From sequence record MK408758.1: 24,000 nt of DNA; one strand, given 5' to 3'. This document shows positions 9,024 through 17,787 of the stretch, one piece after another (the first letter of the stretch is position 1; each line of letters starts with the position of its first letter). The translations under genes were made by a program, and so were the position numbers. The notes under the pieces were generated by a model that was not told the origin of the DNA, made no database searches, and was given only the letters and a program-made list of their open reading frames with translations. This stretch comes from Campylobacter phage CP20.

Positions 9024-9384
9024 GCAAGGTGGTATCAGCAAAGCAATAAATTGGCAAGGTGGTGGAAATTTTGTTTATGCTGAACTTATGCCTTTAAATG
9101 CAATTTATAAAGAAAAAATACAAAATTTAAATGATGAAAAAGAATTAGATAATATTTATCAAGAGTTAAAAACTAAAGCTTTTTTAGATTATAGAGTAGA
9201 TATAAATAAAATTTTAAAAGATAAAGAATTTGAAAATTTAGACTTAGAAAGCAAAAAAGAAATTTTAAAACTTGTTTTAGATTCTAATATGGATTATGTT
9301 TTGTATGGTGATATAAAAGATGAAGATTATGTCATATCTGAAGAAATAATAAAACTTAATAAAATATTTTATGGGGTATGCTAA
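9010..9384 (+). pseudogene. C-terminal portion of the same Mod-like methyltransferase in the +1 frame
   Basis: From 9010 the frame reads VIEGEQGGISKAINWQGGGNFVYAELMPLNAIYKEKIQ..., a typical Mod C-terminal continuation, with no start codon until 9088. Confidence 0.8.
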
Positions 9385-9504
9385 ACATTCTTAAGATATA
9401 AAATCTGTAAAAATTTGTATTATTTCATAGATTTGGGTCGTATTTAAATTTTATAATTCACTATGGTGTAAGTTTATATTAATGTTATAATTTTAAATTA
9501 AATT

Positions 9505-9537
9505 TTAATTTTGTATTAAGCTAAAATATATTATAAT
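9505..9537 (+). promoter_or_regulatory. Promoter-like element (TTAAT-N6-TTAAG-N11-TATAAT)
   Basis: ttaatttttgtattaagctaaaatatattataat, same spacing as other copies, in the longest intergenic gap, upstream of clamp loader. Confidence 0.6.
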
Positions 9538-9561
9538 TAAGAAAATATTAAAAGGAGTTCA

Positions 9562-10476
9562 ATGACAGTAGATTTAAAACACGATATTTGGGTAGAAAAA
9601 TATCGCCCTCAAAAAATTGATGACTTAATTTTACCAAATGTTTATTTAGATAAATTTAGAAAATATATTGAAAAACCATCAAATATTTTATTAAGTTCAG
9701 TAAACCCAGGAACAGGAAAAACAAGCACAGCACAAGCTATTATAAAAGAAGGTAATTTCGAATCTTTATATATCAATGCTTCATTAGAATCTGGTATTGA
9801 TACTATGAGAAGTAAAATCTTACAATTTGCTAGCACTGAAAGCTTCGATGGAAAACCTAAAATTGTTTTAGCGGATGAATTTGACTACTTTGGCCAAAAT
9901 GGTCAAGCAGCCGCAAGAGCACTTATAGAAGAAGTTGCTGCTAATTGTAGATTTATATTAACTTGTAATTATGTTTCTAATATAATGCCACCAATCGTTA
10001 ATAGATTCGAAGTATTTGATTTTGATGCAGTTCACGCCTCTAATAAACAAGAACTTGTTCAAAAATCTTTCAATTTATTGAAAGAAATTCTGGATAATGA
10101 AAAAGTTTCTCATACAAATGAAGATCTCGTTAATATTATTAAGAATTATTATCCAAGTATAAGAGGTATGATTGCTTGCTTACAAAAATGTAATTTTAAT
10201 AATAAATTAATTCTGGATATTCAAAAAGATTCAGATTTTGAGGGTTTGATTAACTTAATTAGATCACGTGATTTTGATAATTTAATGAAAGTAATCTATG
10301 GCTTAACAAACCCAGATGCTTTTTATGAATACGCATTTAAAAAATTAGATATTCAAAACTCTAATAAACCACAAGCTATCATAATACTAGCTAAATATCA
10401 ATACCAAAGTGCTTTCTCAAGAGATAGAAACTTAAATTTAGCTGCTTGTATTATGGAATTAGCACCATTATTATAA
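9562..10476 (+). CDS. Sliding clamp loader large subunit (T4 gp44-like AAA+)
   Basis: WVEKYRPQKIDDLILP, SSVNPGTGKTSTA (Walker A), KIVLADEFDYFG (Walker B), FILTCNY sensor 1, NRFEVFDF. Confidence 0.93.
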   Translation: MTVDLKHDIWVEKYRPQKIDDLILPNVYLDKFRKYIEKPSNILLSSVNPGTGKTSTAQAIIKEGNFESLYINASLESGIDTMRSKILQFASTESFDGKPKIVLADEFDYFGQNGQAAARALIEEVAANCRFILTCNYVSNIMPPIVNRFEVFDFDAVHASNKQELVQKSFNLLKEILDNEKVSHTNEDLVNIIKNYYPSIRGMIACLQKCNFNNKLILDIQKDSDFEGLINLIRSRDFDNLMKVIYGLTNPDAFYEYAFKKLDIQNSNKPQAIIILAKYQYQSAFSRDRNLNLAACIMELAPLL

Positions 10477-10485
10477 GGATTATAT

Positions 10486-11544
10486 ATGATTTTATATGAT
10501 TTAAGTTCGTTGATTCACAGAGCTTTACATACTAGTATTAAGCAAATGAATCCACACAAAAAAGACGGTAAGTATATTACTGAAGAATTCATAAGTGGAA
10601 CTATTTTTAGAATTATAGAAGAATTATTAGAAAATTATAGACTTTATAGAGTCAAATATAATACTATGGTTATTTGCATAGACGATCATAGTGTTCCATA
10701 TTGGCGAAAATCTTTATACCCAGATTATAAAGCTCAGAGAAAAACTCAAAGAGAAGAATCAGAAGTTAATTTTAAAGAAGTTTATAAACATATTAATATA
10801 CTAATTAGAATTCTAAATGATTATACACCATTTAAAGCTATTGGTGTCCCAGGAGCTGAAGCTGATGATATCATTGGTGTATTAACTAGGAAGTTCTGCA
10901 AAGCAGAATCTATTTTAATTCTAAGCCCCGATAAAGACTTTAAACAATTACATAAATTAGGTGATATAAAACAATATTCAGCAATAACCAATAAATGGGT
11001 TGTTAATGACGATCCAGAAGGCTGGGAAAGAATACATTGTTGTTTGGGTGATGCTGCCGATAATGTACCACGCGTTGTGGATTTTTCGGAATTTACGCCT
11101 GAGTTTAAAGCTTATTATCAAGGAACTGAATTAGATTTCTATAAGTTAGACGAAAACTTAAAACTAGGCATTATTAATAACTTTAATGAAGTTTATCCTG
11201 ATGTTGAAGTTTATAAAAAACAAAGATTTGGTGAAGCTGCTTTAAATAAAAAGATTAAAGAGTTTGGGTCTTTAGATGCCTTCTTAGATTCTAACGAAAT
11301 ATATAGACTTAATTATAATCGTAATTATAAGTTAGTTATGGATAGTGAAATACCTATAGATATTGAATTAGAAATCTTAAAGAAATATACAGAATCTAGT
11401 ACAGATTTCAATATGGAAAATCTTAATAAGTATTTTTCATTTTATAATATAACTACTTGTAGCCAGTGGTTTAGTCAATTATGGAATGAAATGAGTAAAC
11501 CTATAGAAATGACTCCTTGGAATGTGGATTTTAGTAAAATCTAA
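10486..11544 (+). CDS. RNase H / 5'-3' exonuclease (FEN-like, T4 Rnh-like)
   Basis: MILYDLSSLIHRAL, ICIDDHSVPYWRKSLYPDYKAQRK, GAEADDIIGVL, ILSPDKDFKQL, GDAADNVP. Confidence 0.88.
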   Translation: MILYDLSSLIHRALHTSIKQMNPHKKDGKYITEEFISGTIFRIIEELLENYRLYRVKYNTMVICIDDHSVPYWRKSLYPDYKAQRKTQREESEVNFKEVYKHINILIRILNDYTPFKAIGVPGAEADDIIGVLTRKFCKAESILILSPDKDFKQLHKLGDIKQYSAITNKWVVNDDPEGWERIHCCLGDAADNVPRVVDFSEFTPEFKAYYQGTELDFYKLDENLKLGIINNFNEVYPDVEVYKKQRFGEAALNKKIKEFGSLDAFLDSNEIYRLNYNRNYKLVMDSEIPIDIELEILKKYTESSTDFNMENLNKYFSFYNITTCSQWFSQLWNEMSKPIEMTPWNVDFSKI

Positions 11545-11551
11545 AATCCAC
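11524..11551 (+). terminator. Weak candidate hairpin at the end of the nuclease gene
   Basis: gtggatttt / aaaatccac, 9-bp stem with 10-nt loop overlapping the stop codon; no T tract. Confidence 0.3.
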
Positions 11552-11603
11552 TCATAATCGCACAAAAACAAGGTTTAAATCGATTTTAATTTAAAGGTAT
11601 ATT

Positions 11604-12152
11604 ATGATATTCTTAACTGGTGGAAATGGTTATTTAGCTAATTTATTGTGTAATTATATTAGTCATATAGATTATGTTGCTATTTTCGGGTGTCCTAGCA
11701 GTACAAAAGACATAGATTCAGACCCGAAGAAATTAGCTTCTACATTAGATACTATTGTTTTAGCCAAAGAGTTTAAACACAAGGTTATTTTTGCAAGTTC
11801 AGTGGGTTCTAATTATCCTGGTTTACCAGGAACCCAAGGTTATTACAATCGTTATAAAAATGTCGCGGAGCATTATATAACAAATATGTATGATAATTAT
11901 TTGATTTATAAAATTCCAAGAGTTTATGGCCCTAATAAAGTTAAAGGTATTTTTAAGACATTAAAAGACGGAACATACGCTGGCTCATTAGAAACTAAAA
12001 TAGATTATATTAATGAAGATGATTTCGTTACTTGGTTTATGGAAAACTTAAGTTCAAATAATAAAATAATTGAATATAATAAAGATTTTAGAAGTATTAA
12101 AGTTAAAGATCTTAAAGATTTAATACTTAATAATACTTTATATTTGCTATAA
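11604..12152 (+). CDS. Short NAD-dependent epimerase/dehydratase-like protein (SDR fold)
   Basis: MIFLTGGNGYLANLL Rossmann motif, VIFASSVGSNYPG, YYNRYKNVAE (YxxxK), YKIPRVYGPNK. Confidence 0.75.
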   Translation: MIFLTGGNGYLANLLCNYISHIDYVAIFGCPSSTKDIDSDPKKLASTLDTIVLAKEFKHKVIFASSVGSNYPGLPGTQGYYNRYKNVAEHYITNMYDNYLIYKIPRVYGPNKVKGIFKTLKDGTYAGSLETKIDYINEDDFVTWFMENLSSNNKIIEYNKDFRSIKVKDLKDLILNNTLYLL

Positions 12153-12195
12153 ATTGTATTGTAGATCGGAAATAAATATCCAAAAAGGCTCAGCA

Positions 12196-12828
12196 GTGAA
12201 TGTAAGATTACGTATTATTAATAATCAGCAAGTACCAGAATTACCAAGTTTCACAGATTCTAATGAAGACAACTTAACTACAGATGTTAAATTAGATGTC
12301 TTAACGCACCAAGAAGTAGATAGAAACTTTGCTAATATTATTACGTGGTTAAAAACTGTCAGTGATAAAATAATTGAGCAATCTACAGTTCTAAAACAAT
12401 TAGATCCTGAAAATATGGAGAAACTTTTAAAAGCTGCTGAACAAATACAAACAATTTCTGATGATATCAAAAGCTTAGAAACTAAGTATAACCAAGTTAA
12501 TAATGATTTAACAAATTACAAAACTTCAAATGATTTAGCTTTATCTAGGAAATTAGATTCAGTAAAAACTATAAATGGTACAGATATTAAGGGTTCTGGA
12601 AATGTTGATATTAATATAACAAGAACGCAATTTACAAATCACTTAACTAATATTGGTATCAATGAAATTGGCAGTATAGCTATATTAGATTCAAAAACAA
12701 CTTTAGTTTTTAATAATTTATATGCGGGTTCTAGCTTGTCCACGGATACATATGCATATATGCAAGGTACTTGGAAATGTACTGGTAAATTAAGTGATAA
12801 TAAAGGCTTATTCATCAGAGTATCGTAA
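12196..12828 (+). CDS. Phage structural/fibre-like protein
   Basis: Likely GTG start at 12196 after aaaaagg (track gives TTG 12154); coiled-coil region and SVKTINGTDIKGSGNVDINI fibre-type motif. Confidence 0.55.
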   Translation: MNVRLRIINNQQVPELPSFTDSNEDNLTTDVKLDVLTHQEVDRNFANIITWLKTVSDKIIEQSTVLKQLDPENMEKLLKAAEQIQTISDDIKSLETKYNQVNNDLTNYKTSNDLALSRKLDSVKTINGTDIKGSGNVDINITRTQFTNHLTNIGINEIGSIAILDSKTTLVFNNLYAGSSLSTDTYAYMQGTWKCTGKLSDNKGLFIRVS

Positions 12829-12836
12829 TCAAAAAC

Positions 12837-12869
12837 TTAAGCAAAACTTAAGCATTTATATAATATAAT
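12837..12869 (+). promoter_or_regulatory. Promoter-like element (TTAAG-N6-TTAAG-N11-TATAAT)
   Basis: ttaagcaaaacttaagcatttatataatataat upstream of baseplate gene at 12890. Confidence 0.65.
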
Positions 12870-12889
12870 ATAATAACAAATAAGGAGAT

Positions 12890-13570
12890 TTGATGGTATT
12901 AGAATATAACCCTATTAAATTAGGTAATAGATCTATTAAAGTTCGTAATTGGAAAGTCAAAGACCGCGAGCTCTACAAAGGTAAATTAAAAAATACTAGT
13001 TCCTCAGAAGATGAACTTAAAGCAAGATATGAATGTTTTGTTACAAATGTTTTAGAAACACCTACTGCTTTAAATAATGATGAATTAGAGTACTTATTTC
13101 TATTATTAAGAATTATAAATCTTGGTGATGATTTAAATTATCATTGGTGGTGTAGAAGTTGCGAAAAAACTACTGATTCTAAAATTAAATTAAGTAAATT
13201 ATTTACAACAAAATCTGGTAAAATACAAGATATTGATATTGGTGGTATCAAAATTGAACTTCAAGATGTTCAAAATGTTGAACTCTATAATAATAAATTA
13301 AGAACTTCAGATTCACCAAGCACAGATGATTTAATTTTTCATATTAAATCTATTAATGGTGATAATACAAAAGGCTTCCAAGATATTAAAAACTACTTCG
13401 ATGAGTTAGATATTAATACAATGGATAAGATTTCTGAAGCATTCGAAAAAATGATATTTAAAATTGAATCTAGGGAACACACAGTAACTTGTTCCCATTG
13501 TGGTGCTAATTCAACTTTTAATTTCGATGAAATACCAGATATTATACCACCAAAATGGTTAAAACGTTAA
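12890..13570 (+). CDS. T4 gp26/gp51-like baseplate hub/assembly protein, second copy, with two CxxC pairs
   Basis: LNNDELEYLFLLLRIINLGDDLNYHWWCRSCEKTTDSKIKLSKL and VTCSHCGANSTFNFDEIPDIIPPKWLK; parallels ORF 2326-3060. Confidence 0.6.
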   Translation: MMVLEYNPIKLGNRSIKVRNWKVKDRELYKGKLKNTSSSEDELKARYECFVTNVLETPTALNNDELEYLFLLLRIINLGDDLNYHWWCRSCEKTTDSKIKLSKLFTTKSGKIQDIDIGGIKIELQDVQNVELYNNKLRTSDSPSTDDLIFHIKSINGDNTKGFQDIKNYFDELDINTMDKISEAFEKMIFKIESREHTVTCSHCGANSTFNFDEIPDIIPPKWLKR

Positions 13571-13584
13571 GAAAGGATTAAATT

Positions 13585-14283
13585 ATGAGTATGTATATAA
13601 CATATATAGATCAAGGTGCTTATAATATGATTGTTTCTGCTCAAAGAGACAATGCTTTTTTATTACCGGGGTCTAGCACATTAGAAGTTTTTGACAGTAA
13701 ATTATTTACAGCAGTTTTAGAAGCATTAGCAGATAAAAAAACTTGTAAATTCTACAAAGATGTTGATGTATTAACTTTAGAAAACTTGGAAATTGACGAG
13801 AGTGCTAACTTAGTTAAGAATTCGTATATTTTCCAATTAACTTCTGCAATGGGTCAGATTTTTACAAAGATACCACAATATACTTATTTTAGATTCCAAT
13901 ATCTTAATAATATATTTGCATCAATGGGATACTTTATAACTGAAAAAAATCGTGAAGAAATATATATTAAAATTCTTGAAACTGATGACGACGCATTGAT
14001 TGCAAATCTTGAAGAATATCTCAAGATTGTAAATCAATTAAACCAGTATGAAAAAATGTATCAAGAATTCTTAAATGGTTTAGATGAAATGGAAATGACA
14101 GATGATGAAGCAACTTTAGATCAAATCTTACAAGAAGCTTTAAATTATTTTACAAATGCTCAAAAGAACTTTGTAACTATGGATTATAAGGGGTGGTTTT
14201 CAACAATTAAAGCAGATTATGAAAATCGTCAAAATTCAGCACAACCTTCAAATCAAGCTTCTAATCAAACTGCTAATAGCTAA
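13585..14283 (+). CDS. Hypothetical 232-aa protein (possible baseplate/assembly factor by position)
   Basis: Complete ORF immediately downstream of the baseplate gene; no recognised motif. Confidence 0.6.
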   Translation: MSMYITYIDQGAYNMIVSAQRDNAFLLPGSSTLEVFDSKLFTAVLEALADKKTCKFYKDVDVLTLENLEIDESANLVKNSYIFQLTSAMGQIFTKIPQYTYFRFQYLNNIFASMGYFITEKNREEIYIKILETDDDALIANLEEYLKIVNQLNQYEKMYQEFLNGLDEMEMTDDEATLDQILQEALNYFTNAQKNFVTMDYKGWFSTIKADYENRQNSAQPSNQASNQTANS

Positions 14284-14287
14284 AAAT

Positions 14288-14313
14288 AAAGATCTAAATT
14301 GTTTTAGATCTTT
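14288..14313 (+). terminator. Hairpin terminator
   Basis: aaagatctaaa-ttgt-tttagatcttt, perfect 11-bp stem with 4-nt loop followed by cttatttta; flanked upstream by A-rich sequence. Confidence 0.75.
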
Positions 14314-14375
14314 CTTATTTTATGATTTTAAAATACTAAAATTTCTAAACGCTAAATTCTAAAACTCAAAAAACT

Positions 14376-14397
14376 TTAAGTTATTTTATTATATAAT
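14376..14397 (+). promoter_or_regulatory. Promoter-like element (TTAAG-N11-TATAAT)
   Basis: ttaagttattttattatataat upstream of aaaaggag and the QueE-like gene. Confidence 0.65.
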
Positions 14398-14415
14398 ACT
14401 ATAAAAGGAGATTAA

Positions 14416-15210
14416 ATGATTTTCAAAACAAGAACTAAGAAAGTTCCATTCTATGAATTTTTTGGTGACACAATTCAAGGTGAAGGACCAAGATTAAAAT
14501 CTGCAGTATTTGTTAGAGTTGCTGGTTGTAATAATACTTGCAAAGGTTTTGGGTGCTCTGCAGTAGCTCCTGATGGTTCGGCAGTAACAGGTTGTGATAC
14601 TATTCGGGCAGTATCACCAAAATTTAAATCACAATGGAAATACTTTGATAATTTCAAAGACTTAACATCAATTATTGATCCATTAGTTGCATTTAAAAAC
14701 TCTGAAATTAAACATACCAAAGACATCATTTTAACTGGCGGTGAACCTTTATTATATTGGAATACTAATGTTATTCAAGATTTCTTAGCTTATTACATTT
14801 CAAGAAAACATCAAATAACAATAGAAACTAATGCAAGTTTGGATATTGAGTTCTTTAAAGAATATCAAAAAGAAATTATGTTCAGTATGTCAGTTAAATT
14901 AAGTTGTTCAGGAGAACCTAAAAAGAAAAGAATTAATATAAAAACAATCAGTAAGATTCTTGAAAATTGCCCTAAATCTTATCTTAAATTTGTAGTCAAT
15001 CCAGAAACTTGGGATACAGACTATGCTGAAATAAAAGAAATACTTTATGATTTACCTATATACACTGAAGTATATTTAATGCCTATGGGTGAAACTCGTG
15101 AATTACAAATTAAGAATACACCATTTGTATTTGAAAAATGTGCTGAACACGGATTTAGTTTTAGCCCGAGAGCTCATATTTTAGCTTTTGATACTAAGGA
15201 GGGTATCTAA
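14416..15210 (+). CDS. queE: QueE-like radical SAM enzyme (7-carboxy-7-deazaguanine synthase-like)
   Basis: FGDTIQGEGPRLKSAVFVRVAGCNNTC...GCDTIRAV, DIILTGGEPLLYW, ITIETNAS, MFSMSVKLSCSGE, LKFVVNPE. Confidence 0.82.
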   Translation: MIFKTRTKKVPFYEFFGDTIQGEGPRLKSAVFVRVAGCNNTCKGFGCSAVAPDGSAVTGCDTIRAVSPKFKSQWKYFDNFKDLTSIIDPLVAFKNSEIKHTKDIILTGGEPLLYWNTNVIQDFLAYYISRKHQITIETNASLDIEFFKEYQKEIMFSMSVKLSCSGEPKKKRINIKTISKILENCPKSYLKFVVNPETWDTDYAEIKEILYDLPIYTEVYLMPMGETRELQIKNTPFVFEKCAEHGFSFSPRAHILAFDTKEGI

Positions 15211-15470
15211 TGTTAAGTAATTGTGTACAATATAATATATTAGAAACAACTGGTTTAATTATTATTAAATTTTTGTTATTATTAGTTGAATTAGGCTTCT
15301 ATGTATCAGCTTTATTTTTAGCAGTTCTTAGCATTATTAGTGTGTTTAAAATACCAGGAGTATTTTATAAGTTATTCGTTTTTATTGTTTTAGGTTTAGC
15401 AGCGTTTGCTTGTTTAAGTTTAGGCTATACTATAGGTTTAACTAATATTGAATTTATATTTAAGATTTAA
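15210..15470 (+). CDS. Small membrane protein (two or more TM segments)
   Basis: Hydrophobic stretches IIIKFLLLLVELGFYVSALFLAVLSIISV and GVFYKLFVFIVLGLAAFACLSLGYTIGL; taatg overlap with upstream gene. Confidence 0.6.
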   Translation: MLSNCVQYNILETTGLIIIKFLLLLVELGFYVSALFLAVLSIISVFKIPGVFYKLFVFIVLGLAAFACLSLGYTIGLTNIEFIFKI

Positions 15471-15479
15471 GGAGTTAAT

Positions 15480-16250
15480 ATGAACTTAATAATTGGTTTT
15501 GGTGTAGTCGGGCAAAGCTTAGGAAATTATTTTGATTCTAAAGGCATTGAATATAATATAATAGATCCAAGATTTAATGATAAAGATCTTAATGAAATTG
15601 GTTTAAATTGTTATAGCAAGATTTTTATATGCATTAATGTGTTAAATGATAATATTGATTCAAATCAAGACACAAAAACATTATACGAAATTTTAAATAC
15701 CATAGAATCAAAAGATTTTAGTGGTTTAGTTGTTATTAGATCAACATTGTTACCTAGCAATGTAGATTTTATAGAATCTGAATACAATTTAAAATTTGTA
15801 GCCTGGCCAGAATTTCTAACAGAAGTTGAATCATTGAAACGAGCAAAATATCATATAATAGGTGCTAATAATATTATGTATGCTAAAGAAATTGCTGAAT
15901 TAATAGATACGCCTTATGATTTTTGTAGTCTCAGAGAAGCAATGGAAGTTAAATACGCTAGAAATGCTTTAGGTGCTTTAAAGGTATTATTCTTTCACGA
16001 ATTAAATGAAGCTGGGTTCAATGTTAGAAAAATAGAATTATTATTAAATGAGTTCGAAGATTTTGATTCTCAAGGATTAATGGCTAAGTTATGTGTAGAT
16101 GGTAAAAAAGGTTTTGGTGGTAAATGTTTTCCTAAAGATATCCAAGCATTGATATTTGAGTCTAATAAACAATCTAAACAAGCAGGCAATTTCTTTAGAA
16201 ATATTTTAGAAGCTAATAATCAACTTAGATATTGTTGTAAAAAATCATAA
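15480..16250 (+). CDS. UDP-glucose/nucleotide-sugar 6-dehydrogenase-like protein, short form
   Basis: IIGFGVVGQSLGNYF (GxGxxG), STLLPSNVD, MEVKYARNALGALKV, GKKGFGGKCFPKD active-site Cys motif; lacks a full C-terminal domain. Confidence 0.8.
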   Translation: MNLIIGFGVVGQSLGNYFDSKGIEYNIIDPRFNDKDLNEIGLNCYSKIFICINVLNDNIDSNQDTKTLYEILNTIESKDFSGLVVIRSTLLPSNVDFIESEYNLKFVAWPEFLTEVESLKRAKYHIIGANNIMYAKEIAELIDTPYDFCSLREAMEVKYARNALGALKVLFFHELNEAGFNVRKIELLLNEFEDFDSQGLMAKLCVDGKKGFGGKCFPKDIQALIFESNKQSKQAGNFFRNILEANNQLRYCCKKS

Positions 16251-16274
16251 ATATATTAAATTTAAAGGTGTAAA

Positions 16275-16652
16275 ATGAATATGAATGTACAAAATCCAAA
16301 ATTTTCTTTTACTGAAGATCAAACAAAACAAGTTCTTATGACAGCCTATCATCTAAGTCAAGCTTCAGAATATATCCAAGAAACTAACGGTATGATGTCT
16401 TTAATGTTTAATTCTATGGCTATTGAATTATTAGACCAAGCTGGATTATCTCAAGCATTTTTAGATGAATTAGGATATACTAAAACAACTGAACCTAAGA
16501 TTCAACTTAATAAGAAAGAACAAGCAGAAGTAGACTCTTTATTCGATGAGATTTTAAATGGGTCTAAATCTACAACAAAGGTAGAAACTGAAGTCAAAGA
16601 TTTAAAATGTGATCACGAGAGTTGTGGTTGTAAGGATTCGAAAGGAATATAA
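16275..16652 (+). CDS. Hypothetical 125-aa protein with Cys-rich C-terminus (CDHESCGC)
   Basis: Complete ORF with RBS aaaggtg; tail LKCDHESCGCKDSKGI. Confidence 0.6.
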   Translation: MNMNVQNPKFSFTEDQTKQVLMTAYHLSQASEYIQETNGMMSLMFNSMAIELLDQAGLSQAFLDELGYTKTTEPKIQLNKKEQAEVDSLFDEILNGSKSTTKVETEVKDLKCDHESCGCKDSKGI

Positions 16653-17590
16653 TGGTTCAACAAGAATTAAGAAAAATAATTTTTATATTGTTTGACGAAC
16701 ATTTACTTTCACAAGTTGTAGAAATGTTCGAAAAATACGAATATATCATAGAAAATAACCCAGAAGGTATAGAAACGAAAACCGCGTATTTAATTTCGAA
16801 AATATACACAACTGGTGATAAATCTAAAGTTTTAGATTATTTAAAACAATTAGGTGAATTAGAAGCTACTGATATTTTTCCAGATATCAAAATGCTCCAA
16901 TGTAAATTAGCTATGAATTGTTACGAAAACAATTTAATTGAATATAGCAAATTAATAGCAACATTCGATAAAAATGATCTGGATTATGCACAAGCAAATA
17001 ACCCAGTAGTTTACAACACACCAGCATTGTACAGAGTTTCTATCAATGGTAAAGATTTTGACGACAACATCAATAATATCAACAAATGTTTGACTTATTT
17101 GGGTGATAAGGTTGTATTTAGACAAACAATCGATAAAGTAGATAGACCAAGTTATAAAAATTATCTTAAGATTAGACATTCTTTAGAACTTGGTGATTAT
17201 GAATACGGGTTTGAAGCAGTTAGAAATTTACAAGAATTATTTTATCAAGAAGGATTAGATGCTAAAATAAACTCTGTTAATTATAAAGAACTTTTAAGTG
17301 ATTATATTATAATTATGGATTTTATGAGTGCTTTCCAATTACTTGGATATAAGTTTACTGACAAACCAGAATATAACAAATTAAAACAAATGTTTAAAGA
17401 TATTATTATAGAATTAAGTGTAGATTCTTTATTAATTTTAGAAACTTCTCAAGAAAATGTTCTTAAAATTATTGCAGAAACTAAAAAACGTCTCATAAAT
17501 GATGTAAAATATGATGCTAGTGAAGTTGATGCTTATATGGGTCCAATTTTACAAAGGATAAAGGATAATGGTAAAAGATTTAATAGATAA
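16652..17590 (+). CDS. Hypothetical 312-aa alpha-helical protein
   Basis: Complete ORF, translationally coupled (taatg) to the upstream ORF; no recognised motif. Confidence 0.6.
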   Translation: MVQQELRKIIFILFDEHLLSQVVEMFEKYEYIIENNPEGIETKTAYLISKIYTTGDKSKVLDYLKQLGELEATDIFPDIKMLQCKLAMNCYENNLIEYSKLIATFDKNDLDYAQANNPVVYNTPALYRVSINGKDFDDNINNINKCLTYLGDKVVFRQTIDKVDRPSYKNYLKIRHSLELGDYEYGFEAVRNLQELFYQEGLDAKINSVNYKELLSDYIIIMDFMSAFQLLGYKFTDKPEYNKLKQMFKDIIIELSVDSLLILETSQENVLKIIAETKKRLINDVKYDASEVDAYMGPILQRIKDNGKRFNR

Positions 17591-17786
17591 AAATCAAGCC
17601 GAAGTTCAGTTAAAAATACAAGATTTGCAAGACATTAGAGTAGGTATAAAATATGCTTTGTGTTGTGCTAAAAAGTTAGATTCAGAATCTAACTCAAGTT
17701 TAGATTCGGGTTTAAGCCAAGAAGAACTAAACTTTTTAGCTTGTTTGACTTGCTTACCTAAAACCAAAACTAAACTCAAGGTTTAA
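17568..17786 (+). CDS. Hypothetical 72-aa Cys-containing small protein (candidate partner/substrate of adjacent radical SAM enzyme)
   Basis: Overlaps the preceding gene by 23 nt and abuts the radical SAM gene; contains YALCCAKKL and FLACLTCLPK. Confidence 0.5.
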   Translation: MVKDLIDKNQAEVQLKIQDLQDIRVGIKYALCCAKKLDSESNSSLDSGLSQEELNFLACLTCLPKTKTKLKV

Positions 17787-17787
17787 A

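Noticed and set aside
9088-9384. Independent 98-aa gene downstream of the methyltransferase
   Set aside because: Codon frame continues upstream without stop to 9010 with Mod-like sequence, so it is the C-terminus of the broken Mod gene rather than a separate gene.
9385-9561. Longest intergenic gap considered for a tRNA, small RNA or replication origin
   Set aside because: No cloverleaf or clear strong stem found by eye; only AT-rich sequence and the promoter-like element near its end.
9642-9836. Minus-strand 64-aa ORF
   Set aside because: Antisense to gp44-like Walker A region.
12225-12470. Minus-strand 81-aa Cys/Ser-rich ORF, considered as a small peptide gene
   Set aside because: Antisense of the fibre-like coiled-coil gene, without RBS or promoter support.
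14475-14729. Minus-strand 84-aa ORF
   Set aside because: Antisense to the conserved QueE motifs.
16952-17179. Minus-strand 75-aa ORF
   Set aside because: Antisense to the 312-aa ORF; no evidence of expression signals.
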